Positions 35,523 to 44,388 of a DNA stretch of 64,000 nucleotides are shown piece after piece; the first letter of the stretch is position 1, and each line of letters begins with the position of its first letter. Source of the stretch: Thermodesulfobacteriota bacterium (GTDB taxonomy: Bacteria > Desulfobacterota > Binatia > UBA9968 > JAJDTQ01); contig OZ220712.1 of the NCBI GenBank assembly GCA_965116735.1, positions 181,907 to 245,906 on the forward strand, in the 5' to 3' direction. A program made the position numbers and the translations under genes. Below the pieces are notes generated by a model, which was given only the letters and a program-made list of their open reading frames with translations, had not been told where the DNA came from and did no database searches.

Positions 35523-35547
35523 GGGCGGGTTTGAAACCCGCCCCTAC
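35523..35547. repeat. REP family A (supplies the TAG stop of 35544..36710)
   Basis: gggcgggtttgaaacccgcccctac. cta at 35544..35546 is the stop on the minus strand. Confidence 0.85.
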
Positions 35548-36710
35548 ACGTCATCGCGGCCCGTTGGCGCCGACCCCGCGGCGTCGATGCCGTAAAGCCC
35601 GGCGGCGGTGTTCCACAGGATCTTTTCCCGCGCGCCGTCGGCCACGCCCTTGAAGCAGCGCTCCACGGTCTCGCGCGTGCGCGGCCAGGTGGAGGTGGTC
35701 AGGGGCAGGTTGGTCGACCACAGGATGTGGTCTTCCCCAAGATAGCCCACGAACGGCGCGATCTCGTCGAACCACGCGGTCAGGTAGCATTGGCGCTGAA
35801 ACATCTCCGAGGGCTTGAGATCGTAGCCTTCGCGCGCAAGGCCGTCGTGCTCGAACTGGTGGTCGGCCCATTCCAGGTACAGCATGGCCCAGCTCAGGGC
35901 GCTCTCCGCGAACACCAGCCGCAGGCGCGGATGGCGCAGCAGCACCCGGGAGAACGACAGCAGCGAGAGCACGTAGACGCTGGACATGGGCCGCGTCACC
36001 GCGTCCACCGCCTCGGACAGGGCCGGGGCGAGACCGGAGTACGCCGGGTACATTAGCTCCGTCGAGGCCCCGGCGTGCAGCGCCACCGGCACCCCCATCT
36101 CCTCGCACGCGCTCCACACCGGATCGTACTCCGGATCGCTCACGTGGGGCACGTCCCGGAGGTGCATGGGCAGGGCCGGGAAGACGATGCCCCGGTGCCC
36201 CGCGGCCACGGCCCGCTGCATCTCTTCGGCCGCCGTCTCCGGCGGCCAGATGGGCGCGATGCACTGGGGGACGAACCGCGGGCTGGCGGAAGCCCACTCC
36301 TCCAGCAGCCAGTCGTTGTAGGCCCGGATGCATGCGATCTCCAGCTCCGGGTCGTCGAGCCGTGCGAAGGCTTCTCCGGCCATGCCGGCGACGGTGGGAA
36401 AGAGCACGGAAAAGGCGATGCCGGCGGCGTCCATGGCCTTGAGCCGCTCCGCGGGCGACCAGGCCGCGGCGGGCACCTCTTCCCAGCACCGGGGCTCGCG
36501 GTTGCGGTCGGGCATGAGCGCCCCGGCCGACGCCACCTTGCCGCCGAGGAGCGGCCGGCCGTCCACCACCCAGCGTTCGGCGCCGTCCGCGTCGCGTTCG
36601 AGACGCGGCACGCGTTCGCCGAACCGGCTCCGGGAGAGCCGGCTGGTCCACAGGTCGGGCGGCTCCTGGACGTGGTCGTCGACGCTGACGAAATCGCGGC
36701 CCGGGCTCAT
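35544..36710 (-). CDS. amidohydrolase, Amidohydro_2 family
   Basis: MSPGRDFVSVDDHVQEP.. 4-nt overlap with the upstream paralogue. Confidence 0.85.
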   Translation of the reverse strand: MSPGRDFVSVDDHVQEPPDLWTSRLSRSRFGERVPRLERDADGAERWVVDGRPLLGGKVASAGALMPDRNREPRCWEEVPAAAWSPAERLKAMDAAGIAFSVLFPTVAGMAGEAFARLDDPELEIACIRAYNDWLLEEWASASPRFVPQCIAPIWPPETAAEEMQRAVAAGHRGIVFPALPMHLRDVPHVSDPEYDPVWSACEEMGVPVALHAGASTELMYPAYSGLAPALSEAVDAVTRPMSSVYVLSLLSFSRVLLRHPRLRLVFAESALSWAMLYLEWADHQFEHDGLAREGYDLKPSEMFQRQCYLTAWFDEIAPFVGYLGEDHILWSTNLPLTTSTWPRTRETVERCFKGVADGAREKILWNTAAGLYGIDAAGSAPTGRDDV

Positions 36711-37891
36711 GGGCGCGCTTCCGCGGGGTCCGCGCCGCGTTCCGCCTCGCGCACCACCGCGTCCATGCGGTAGACGCGCACGGCGTTCTCGTAGAGGAGC
36801 TTGCGGCGGTCTTCCGCGGAGACGCCCGCGAGCACGTCCTCCACCGCCTCCCAGGAACGCGGGTAGAAGGCGGTCACGTGGGGGAAGTCCGATTCCCACA
36901 TGAGGTTGTCGATGCCGATGTCGTGGCGCAGCTTGATTCCCTCGTTCTCGAACCAGAAGTTCGTGAACATCTGTCGCCGCACCGCCTCGCTCGGACGCGT
37001 GCTCAACCCCTCGGTCCAGAGGTGGCGCGTTTCCCACTCGTGGTCGCACGCGGCCAGCACGTAGTTGAGGCCGCCGATGCCCGCCTCGGCGAACACGAAC
37101 TTGAGGCGCGGAAAGCGCTCGGTGATGCCGCTGAAGACCAGGTGCGGAATGATCTGCGCGGGCGTGGTCGCGGAGGTGGCGGTCATGGCCGAGTGGCCTT
37201 GGCGCGGCGAGTAGCCGTGCCAGAAGCGGGTGGACCGGCCCGCGGAGAGGCCGCAGGAACCGTGGAAATGCACCGGCACGTCCAGGCTCTGGCACGCGTC
37301 CCACACCGGATCCCAGTAGGGATCGGTGAGGTGGGGCAGCGGGGCGGGGGTCTCGCCCTGGAGGTTGATGCCACGGTGCCCGGCGTCGGCGGCGCGCTCG
37401 ATCTCGCCCCGGATGGTCGACGGGTCGCTCAGGTACGGGATGATGGACACCGGGTAGTAGCGGTCGCTGACCCGGGTCCATTCAGCCAGGGCATCGTTGT
37501 AGGCGCGCACCACGTCCAGTTCGAACGCGGCTTCGTCGAGCTCGTAGAATGTGCCGCCCGGGGGATTGGGGAACAGCACCTCGGCATCGATGCCGTCGGC
37601 GTCCAGCGCCTTGAGCCGCTGTGCCGGGTCGTATCCCAGCGCCGGCACCTCGTCCCAGTGCTGCGGGAAGGTGGGGAAGGGGTCGCCCATGAGCGCGGGG
37701 CAGTTGCCCACGTTGTCGCCCCGTGGCTTGCCGTAGACACACCAGCGGTCCACCTTCCGGCCTTTCTCCTCCACCTCCTTCACCTGCGGGATACGCTCGC
37801 CCCACTTGGCCGCGGACATGCGCGAGGTGAAGGCGTCGCGGTCGAAGCCGCAGTGGGAATCCGCGCTGATCAGTCCGAACTTGATCTCCAT
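36707..37891 (-). CDS. amidohydrolase, Amidohydro_2 family
   Basis: MEIKFGLISADSHCGF.. 394 aa. Confidence 0.85.
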   Translation of the reverse strand: MEIKFGLISADSHCGFDRDAFTSRMSAAKWGERIPQVKEVEEKGRKVDRWCVYGKPRGDNVGNCPALMGDPFPTFPQHWDEVPALGYDPAQRLKALDADGIDAEVLFPNPPGGTFYELDEAAFELDVVRAYNDALAEWTRVSDRYYPVSIIPYLSDPSTIRGEIERAADAGHRGINLQGETPAPLPHLTDPYWDPVWDACQSLDVPVHFHGSCGLSAGRSTRFWHGYSPRQGHSAMTATSATTPAQIIPHLVFSGITERFPRLKFVFAEAGIGGLNYVLAACDHEWETRHLWTEGLSTRPSEAVRRQMFTNFWFENEGIKLRHDIGIDNLMWESDFPHVTAFYPRSWEAVEDVLAGVSAEDRRKLLYENAVRVYRMDAVVREAERGADPAEARP

Positions 37892-37963
37892 GGGTTTGCT
37901 CCGTCTGCGTCGAGGCGATTGAACGTCATGCGTGCCAACGCTGCGCTCTGGTGGCGCGGACGC

Positions 37964-37988
37964 GGGCGGGTTTGAAACCCGCCCCTAC
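37964..37988. repeat. REP family A (supplies the TAG stop of tctC 37985..38974)
   Basis: gggcgggtttgaaacccgcccctac. Confidence 0.85.
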
Positions 37989-38974
37989 TTCAACTTGCCG
38001 ACGTACTTGCGCTCGATGACGTGCTTGAGCTGCTTGGTGGTCTCGGCATTGAGGTCCAGGAACGGCTTCAGGGTTTTCTTGAGCTCATCCGGACCCGTCC
38101 ATTCCACCACGAGCTTCATCTTGGCGGCTTCCTTCTGCGCCTTCTCCAGCCCGGTGATCTTCTTGAGCGCGCCGCTCAGGTACTTCTGCCTCGCCTCGGG
38201 CACGCCGGGCGAAGTGACCACCGTGCCGAAGATGTCGGAGAACGACAGGATGTAGCTGCGCCACGGCTCCTTGGCGCCCAGCTCCGCCAGCGACGGCACG
38301 TCGGGCGCGCGCTTGTCCTTGACGAAGGCAAACGCGATGTTGACCCGGTCCTTGAACCTCAGGCCGGTGGAAATGGAGGCGGTGGTGGCGTCCAGCTCTC
38401 CGCGCGCGATCGCCGCCATGCGTTCCGAGGAGCCGCCGTAGCCCGGGACGATGGTGATGGGCAGGCCGAGCATCTCGGCGATCAATCCCTCGTTGAAGGG
38501 CGAGGAGGCGCCGATGCGGATGCGCTTGAGCTTGCGCAGCCCCTCGATGTCCGTCGGCAGATCCTTGCGCACCAGTATTGCGGTGTTGGTGCGGATGACC
38601 CGCCCGAGGTAGCCGAACTTCTCGTAGTCGTACTTCACGCCCTTACGGCCGAACATGTCGAAGGCCACCAGCTTCGTGTGCGCCGTGAGCAGCGACAGGC
38701 CGTCCGGCGGGAGCCGGAACAGCCGGTTGTAGCCCGCGACCCCGCCGCCGCCCGGCAGGTTCCGCACGATGGCCTTGGCGCCGGTGACCGCGGGCAGGTG
38801 CCGCGCCATCCAGCGGGCGCGGATGTCGAAGGTGCCGCCGGGCGAGTACTGCACCAGCATCGTCATGCGCTTGCCCTTGAAGAAGTCCGCGGCGTTCTCC
38901 GCGGCGCTTGCCGAGCCGGCGAAGAGCATGACGCAGGCCAAAGCCAGCCATGTCCAGGGCGTACTTGTTTTCAT
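37985..38974 (-). CDS. tctC: TTT substrate-binding protein (TctC/Bug)
   Basis: Signal peptide MKTSTPWTWLALACVMLFAGSASA. AGGAGG RBS before this ATG. Confidence 0.85.
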   Translation of the reverse strand: MKTSTPWTWLALACVMLFAGSASAAENAADFFKGKRMTMLVQYSPGGTFDIRARWMARHLPAVTGAKAIVRNLPGGGGVAGYNRLFRLPPDGLSLLTAHTKLVAFDMFGRKGVKYDYEKFGYLGRVIRTNTAILVRKDLPTDIEGLRKLKRIRIGASSPFNEGLIAEMLGLPITIVPGYGGSSERMAAIARGELDATTASISTGLRFKDRVNIAFAFVKDKRAPDVPSLAELGAKEPWRSYILSFSDIFGTVVTSPGVPEARQKYLSGALKKITGLEKAQKEAAKMKLVVEWTGPDELKKTLKPFLDLNAETTKQLKHVIERKYVGKLK

Positions 38975-39096
38975 GGGAACCCTCCTGGTTCGTACGGTCG
39001 TCGGTACGATTTGTGTCACAATCCGTTTCTCCTATACGCGTGTCCCCGAGAAGATGTCAACGAAGCGCCCGGGAACGGTGGCCAATTGCCACCATC

Positions 39097-39600
39097 TCAT
39101 ATCGTCCGTCGCCCCATGATATGGCCGAGCAGGTTGTCCGGCCATCCCACGTGGAGGATAGCGTCGAACAAACCGAGCACCAGCCCCGTTAAAAGTCCCG
39201 TCAGAATCAGTGTCACAACCCACCCCGCCCGGCTGAAACGCCTGAAATAAAACACCATGAACACGGGTACGGATAGCTTGAAGCCGATGAGCAGGATGGA
39301 GGCGAGAAACCCGAGCGCGCACAGGTAGAAGGTTCCCGCCCGCCGCACCACAAGGTGCGTGGGCACGGAGCGGTCCACCTCGATGTCGCGGATGCGTTCG
39401 CGAGGCTCGTCGCTGTCGTCCGTGGCACCCTTGAAGAACGCGTCCCTGACCAACTGTGCGGCGGCCACCACCAGCACCGGGATGGCGATGGTCAGCGGAA
39501 AGAGCCCGGTGGCGAAGGGCCACTGCCATGCCGTGGCCACTGCGCCGGCGAGCAGCACCAGGAAGAAGGCGTCGAACAGCAGGGAGATGGCCTTTTGCAT
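39097..39600 (-). CDS. tctB: TTT small membrane subunit (TctB)
   Basis: 167-aa, 4-TM protein directly after tctA. Confidence 0.8.
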   Translation of the reverse strand: MQKAISLLFDAFFLVLLAGAVATAWQWPFATGLFPLTIAIPVLVVAAAQLVRDAFFKGATDDSDEPRERIRDIEVDRSVPTHLVVRRAGTFYLCALGFLASILLIGFKLSVPVFMVFYFRRFSRAGWVVTLILTGLLTGLVLGLFDAILHVGWPDNLLGHIMGRRTI

Positions 39601-39604
39601 GGTG

Positions 39605-41092
39605 TCAGGGGTTCGCGGCCGCGGCGGTCCGGTTGCGGTATTGCTGGATCGCCGGCCCGGCCAGGGCGGCCACGATCAGGAGCGCCAGCACGATGACCCA
39701 GGGGCGCGACATCCAGGCCCACCCGTAGGTCAGGATCGAGATGTAGAGGTACTTCTCCACGGTGGAGCCGAGCACGAAGCCGATGATGAGGGGCGGCCGC
39801 GGCCAGCCCTGCCGCTTCATGGTCCAGCCCAGCAGCCCGAAGAAGAGGAACAGGACGATGTCGGCGATGTGGCGTCGCGCCATGAACGCGCCCAGGAACA
39901 TGATCACCAGCAGCACCGGCGCCAGCAGTTGGGCGCGGATGGTGGCGATGCGCGCCAGGTGGTTGGTGAACAGGAAGCAGGTGCCGGTGCCGATGATGTT
40001 GGCCAGGGCCAGGCTCCAGGCGATGGTGAAGATGACGTCGAGGTTCTGGTTGAGCATCTCGGGGCCGGGGGTCAGCCCCTGGATCTCCATGGCGCCGAGG
40101 AACAGCGCCATGCTGGTGCTGCCGGGGATGCCGAAGGCCAGGGTGGGGATGAGTCCGCCGCCGTCCTTGGCGTTGTTGGCGCTCTCCGGTGCGATGACGC
40201 CGCGCACGTCGCCCTTGCCGAAGTTGTCGGCGTTCTTCTCGGTGTGCAGGGCGTGGCCGTAGGCGAACCAGTCCACCACCAGAGTGCCCAGGCCCGGGAT
40301 GATGCCGATCCACACCCCCAGGGTGGCGGATCGGATCACCAGCCACCAGTGTCGAAAGGCGTCGCGCACGCCTTCCCAGCGGCCTTTGAGGCGGCCCAAA
40401 GCGCCCGAGTCGATGCTCTTGCCCGACACCAGCAGGTCGGTGATCTCGGCCAGGCCGAACAGGCCGAGGGAGATGGGCACCACGTGGAAGCCGTCCCACA
40501 GGTAGACCTGGTCGAAGGTCCAGCGTTCCACGCTCAGGATGGGGTCGGTGCCCACGGTGGCGAGCAGGAGGCCGGAGCCGCCGGCGATGACGCCCTTCAT
40601 CAGCGCCGAGCCGCTGAGGCTGGCCACCATGCACACGCCCAGCACCGCCATCATGAAGAACTCGGGGGAGCCGAAGGTGAGTACCAGCGGGCTGAGAATC
40701 GGGATCGACAGGGTCAGCACCAAGGCGCCGAAGATGCCGCCCATGGCGGACACGGTGAAGGCGGCGCCAAAGGCGCGGCCGGCCTCGCCGCGCTTGGCCA
40801 TGGCGTGGCCGTCGATGATGGTGGCCTGGGAGCCCACGGTGCCGGGTACGGCGAACAGCACCGAGGGGATGGTGTCGGAGGTGGTGGTCACCGCCAGCAT
40901 GCCGATGATGAAGGCGAAGGCGGAGACCGCGTCCATGTCGAAGGTGAAGGGGAGCAGCAGCGCCAGCCCGGTGACGCCGCCGATGCCGGGGATGACCCCG
41001 AGCATGAGTCCGAGGAAGGTCCCGGCGAACAGCATGAAGAGGTGCACCGGATACAGGATCTGGATGCTGGCCTGGCCTATGGCGTCAAGCAT
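39605..41092 (-). CDS. tctA: TTT large permease (TctA)
   Basis: 495 aa. ..GVIPGIGGVTG.. and ..FGIPGS.. motifs. Confidence 0.9.
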   Translation of the reverse strand: MLDAIGQASIQILYPVHLFMLFAGTFLGLMLGVIPGIGGVTGLALLLPFTFDMDAVSAFAFIIGMLAVTTTSDTIPSVLFAVPGTVGSQATIIDGHAMAKRGEAGRAFGAAFTVSAMGGIFGALVLTLSIPILSPLVLTFGSPEFFMMAVLGVCMVASLSGSALMKGVIAGGSGLLLATVGTDPILSVERWTFDQVYLWDGFHVVPISLGLFGLAEITDLLVSGKSIDSGALGRLKGRWEGVRDAFRHWWLVIRSATLGVWIGIIPGLGTLVVDWFAYGHALHTEKNADNFGKGDVRGVIAPESANNAKDGGGLIPTLAFGIPGSTSMALFLGAMEIQGLTPGPEMLNQNLDVIFTIAWSLALANIIGTGTCFLFTNHLARIATIRAQLLAPVLLVIMFLGAFMARRHIADIVLFLFFGLLGWTMKRQGWPRPPLIIGFVLGSTVEKYLYISILTYGWAWMSRPWVIVLALLIVAALAGPAIQQYRNRTAAAANP

Positions 41093-41170
41093 GGCGGGTC
41101 CGTGCCGTGCGCGCAGGTCGTGCCGGTCCCGCGCTGCTCTCTCCGCGCCGGTGATGTGCGTCGCGGCACG

Positions 41171-42232
41171 TCAGGAAGCGTCTTCCTCGCTGTAGAGGTT
41201 CAGGCTTTCCAGCACCGGGCGGTCCGTCACGGAGAACAGGATCGCGGGCTCGGTTCGGGATTCGTTCCGGAAGTGGTGCCAGTGCCATGACGGGATCACG
41301 AAGCAGTCCTGCTCGGTCCAGGCCATGGGGTTGCCGTTGTCCTTGTCCTTGCTTGCCACCGTCGTGCCGGCGCCTTGCATGACGTGGTAGATGGTGCTGC
41401 TGGTGTGGCGGTGGGGGCGGGTCGATTCGCCCGGACGGAGCCATTGCACGCGGCAGTCGATGGTGGGCATGGTGGGGCCGCCGGTGACCGGGTTGGCGTA
41501 TTGCAGAAGGATGCCGTCGTGGGGATCGCCGTCGGCGGATTCCGCCAGTTGCTCCAGCACGGGAAGGGTGTCGCGCCACTTGTAGGTGTAGGGAAGGGCA
41601 CGGGTCCCCGGGCTCTCGGTGAGGGGGCGCACGGCGCCGAGGCGGTGGCGGCTGTAGCCTTCGGACTTGGTGACGGGCTGGGCGGGTCCCTCGCCGTAGT
41701 TCTCGTGGAAGTTGGCGTCGAGCTGGTTCATCAGGTGCACGTCCAGGACGTCCAGCCACACGATGTTGCTCTTCCCCTGGTTGTAGTGGTCGTGCCAGGT
41801 CCAGCTCGGCGTCAGCACCAGGTCGCCGGGCTCCATGTGCATTTCCTCGCCTTCCACCGTGGTGTAGCCGGTGCCGTCGCCCTCCACCACGAAGCGCAGG
41901 GCCGCGGCGGTGTGGCGGTGGCACTCGGCCCGCTCGCCGGGCTTCACGAGCTGGATGGACATCTGGATCGTGCGGGTGGTGGATTTGAAGGCGGTGAGGC
42001 CGGGGTTCACCAGTTGCACCGTACGGCGCTTGGCGGCCTCGTCGATGTGCCCGAGCTTCACCACCTCGCCGGACTCCATCAGGCAGGAGTAGATCACCGG
42101 CCAGCGCCACAGGTGCGGTTTCAGCTCCGCCATGGGTTGGCGCGGCTGCCAGTGCCCCGCCAGGGAGTTCTCCGCCATGATGCGGTGCAGCTCATCGAGC
42201 CGCGGATCGTCGGTGTTGACGGCTTCACTCAT
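41171..42232 (-). CDS. gentisate 1,2-dioxygenase-like bicupin (paralogue 2)
   Basis: HRH..WHDH in both cupin halves. AGGAGA RBS. Confidence 0.85.
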   Translation of the reverse strand: MSEAVNTDDPRLDELHRIMAENSLAGHWQPRQPMAELKPHLWRWPVIYSCLMESGEVVKLGHIDEAAKRRTVQLVNPGLTAFKSTTRTIQMSIQLVKPGERAECHRHTAAALRFVVEGDGTGYTTVEGEEMHMEPGDLVLTPSWTWHDHYNQGKSNIVWLDVLDVHLMNQLDANFHENYGEGPAQPVTKSEGYSRHRLGAVRPLTESPGTRALPYTYKWRDTLPVLEQLAESADGDPHDGILLQYANPVTGGPTMPTIDCRVQWLRPGESTRPHRHTSSTIYHVMQGAGTTVASKDKDNGNPMAWTEQDCFVIPSWHWHHFRNESRTEPAILFSVTDRPVLESLNLYSEEDAS

Positions 42233-42259
42233 GATTGTCTCCTGTGTGTTGGCAAGGTT

Positions 42260-42343
42260 GTCGGATTACGCTTCGCTAATCCGACCTACGGGATCTACGG
42301 GCCAAAGGTGGGCGCAGGTCGGATTAGCGAAGCGTAATCCGAC
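42260..42343. repeat. REP family F, inverted pair
   Basis: gtcggattacgcttcgctaatccgacctac ... gcaggtcggattagcgaagcgtaatccgac. Confidence 0.8.
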
Positions 42344-42349
42344 ACTCCC

Positions 42350-43306
42350 CTAAACCCCCTCCAGCGCCGCGGCCTCCGGATGAAAGAAGTCCTCGTAGTC
42401 TAGCCTTACCGGTGTCAGCCCAAACTCGTGCGCGAACGTCATCATGGCTTCCAGCGAGGTGACGTTGTCCTGGATGTTGTAGGACCAGTAGTTCTCCCCC
42501 ATGACCGCCCGCTGCTCGTCGATGGCGGCCGCCACCCATGAAGTAATGAGAATCTCGGGATCGGAGCCGTACAGGCGGTCCATGGCCACGTCGCGCGCTT
42601 GGCGGTACGCCTTCAGCAGCGCCACCGGGGCTTCCGGATGCTTGTCCACGAAGTCCTGCTTGAGGGTCACCATGTGGCTGATGGGGAAGATGCCGGTAGC
42701 CTTGTAGTAGTTCAGCTCCTCGTTCTTGTAGTCGTGGAACAGGCGCCGCACCCGCGGGTCGCGGCGGCTGATGGACGGCAGCACGTTGGGTTCGATGACG
42801 GCGTCGACTTCCCCGCCGAGCAGCAGTTCGTCCAGGGGCTCGCCGGGCTGCGGCCCGAGGATGTGGGGCAGCGCCTCCACCTCGACGTCCGCTCCCCAGC
42901 TTGCCGCCTCCGGCCCGGGCATGCACCAGCGGATGCGCGTCAGGTCCACGCCGTAGTGGCTCTGGAGCGCACCCCGCGCCCATACCCCGGCGGTGCTGCT
43001 CACGAAGACGCGCTTCCCCTCCAGGTCCTTGGGGCTCTCGATGCCGGAGGCGTTGTTCACGAAGATATAGGCCAGCCGGAACTTTCGGTTGGGGTAGGCC
43101 GGGATCGAGACGTAGGGGTGATCGCCCTTGCCCTTGGTGCGCATGAGGCCGCCGAAGCTCGCGTCCCAGGCGTCGATGGTCTCGGGGCCGTGAAAGTCGC
43201 TCGTTTCGACATCGAAGCCCTCCACCTGGACGGTGCCGTCGAGCAGGGGCCGGTTGGTATCGACCTCGGGCTCCCGGAAGCCGAGCCGGAGCTTGGGGTT
43301 CGCCAT
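42350..43306 (-). CDS. PBP2-fold protein, 4,5-dihydroxyphthalate-decarboxylase-like, no signal peptide
   Basis: MANPKLRLGF..DTNRPLLDG.V.VEG.. pattern. GGGAGA RBS. The start could also be 43327. Confidence 0.7.
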   Translation of the reverse strand: MANPKLRLGFREPEVDTNRPLLDGTVQVEGFDVETSDFHGPETIDAWDASFGGLMRTKGKGDHPYVSIPAYPNRKFRLAYIFVNNASGIESPKDLEGKRVFVSSTAGVWARGALQSHYGVDLTRIRWCMPGPEAASWGADVEVEALPHILGPQPGEPLDELLLGGEVDAVIEPNVLPSISRRDPRVRRLFHDYKNEELNYYKATGIFPISHMVTLKQDFVDKHPEAPVALLKAYRQARDVAMDRLYGSDPEILITSWVAAAIDEQRAVMGENYWSYNIQDNVTSLEAMMTFAHEFGLTPVRLDYEDFFHPEAAALEGV

Positions 43307-43340
43307 GGATCCGTCTCCCTTCGGCAACGGCGAGGACCTG

Positions 43341-44375
43341 CTAGCCGTCCTGGCGGTCCGCCGTCGCGGTTTCCTTCATGTAGAAGCCGAGCTTGGTCTG
43401 CGCCGGCCAGTCGTCGATGGAGAACAGGATCGACTCGCCCTCGTGGCCGTTCTCGTGATGGTGCCACGTCCAAGCGGGCACGGCGAAGATGTCCCCCTGG
43501 CGCCACTCGAGCCGCTCGCCCTCGATGACCACGGCGCCGGCGCCCTCGAACGCGTGGTAGAAGGTGTTGCTGTTGTGCCGGTGGCTCAGGGTGGTCTGTC
43601 CGCCGCGCAGCAGTTGCGCGTGCCAGGCGATGGTGGGGAGCGTGGAGCCGCCGTCCACCGGGCTCGTCAGCATCAGGTGCGCGCCTTCGCACGGGTCTTC
43701 CTCGCCGGCCTCCTGCAGCGCCCGCAGCCCCGCCAGGGTCTCGGCCCACGGATAGCGCATGGGCGGCAGCGGAAAAGGGCGGCCTTCGGTCATCGGCCGC
43801 GCGAGGCCGCGGGTGCGCACGCCGTAGCCGTCGGGCTTGCGGATCTCCTGGTAGGGGAGGTCGTCCGGGAGCCTCTCGTTCAGGTTCACCCCGCCGTTGT
43901 GGCCGTTGTCGTAGCCGTCGACGTACAGTGCCGGCGCCGTCCCCTGGTTCCAGTGGTCGTGGTAGGTCCATGACGGGCTGATGATGACGTCCCCCCGTTC
44001 CATGGGGAAGGCCTCGAACTCGCACACGAACGCGGCCTCCCGGGGCGCTTGGCACACCAGCCGCGTCTCGTTCCGCAGGTTGCGGTGTCCCTGGGTGCGC
44101 TCGCCGGGCATGAGTATCTGCACGTTCATCCAGATGGGGAAGCGGGTCGCCTCGATGCCGGTGACCGAGCGCATGCCGGTCATGCCGCCGGGCCCGACGG
44201 TGACGATCTCGCCCGAGCGCATGAGCCCGTTGTAGATGCCGTCCCAGCGCCAGTGGGCGCCGGCGGGCCCGGTGCGCGGCGGCGCCATGCCCTCGCGCCG
44301 CAGCCCGGCCCCCACCAGGTGGTGGGCGGCCAGGTAGTTCTCGAGGTCTTCGTGGGTGGTGCCGACGTCTGTCAC
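43341..44375 (-). CDS. gentisate 1,2-dioxygenase-like bicupin (paralogue 3, degenerate N-terminal metal motif)
   Basis: GTG start with GGAGG RBS. The N-terminal cupin reads HRN instead of HRH, and the C-terminal cupin keeps HRH..WHHH. Confidence 0.8.
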   Translation of the reverse strand: MTDVGTTHEDLENYLAAHHLVGAGLRREGMAPPRTGPAGAHWRWDGIYNGLMRSGEIVTVGPGGMTGMRSVTGIEATRFPIWMNVQILMPGERTQGHRNLRNETRLVCQAPREAAFVCEFEAFPMERGDVIISPSWTYHDHWNQGTAPALYVDGYDNGHNGGVNLNERLPDDLPYQEIRKPDGYGVRTRGLARPMTEGRPFPLPPMRYPWAETLAGLRALQEAGEEDPCEGAHLMLTSPVDGGSTLPTIAWHAQLLRGGQTTLSHRHNSNTFYHAFEGAGAVVIEGERLEWRQGDIFAVPAWTWHHHENGHEGESILFSIDDWPAQTKLGFYMKETATADRQDG

Positions 44376-44388
44376 GGCAAGCCTCCGC

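Noticed and set aside
39359-41290. 643-aa plus-strand ORF
   Set aside because: Shadow of tctA/tctB on the minus strand.
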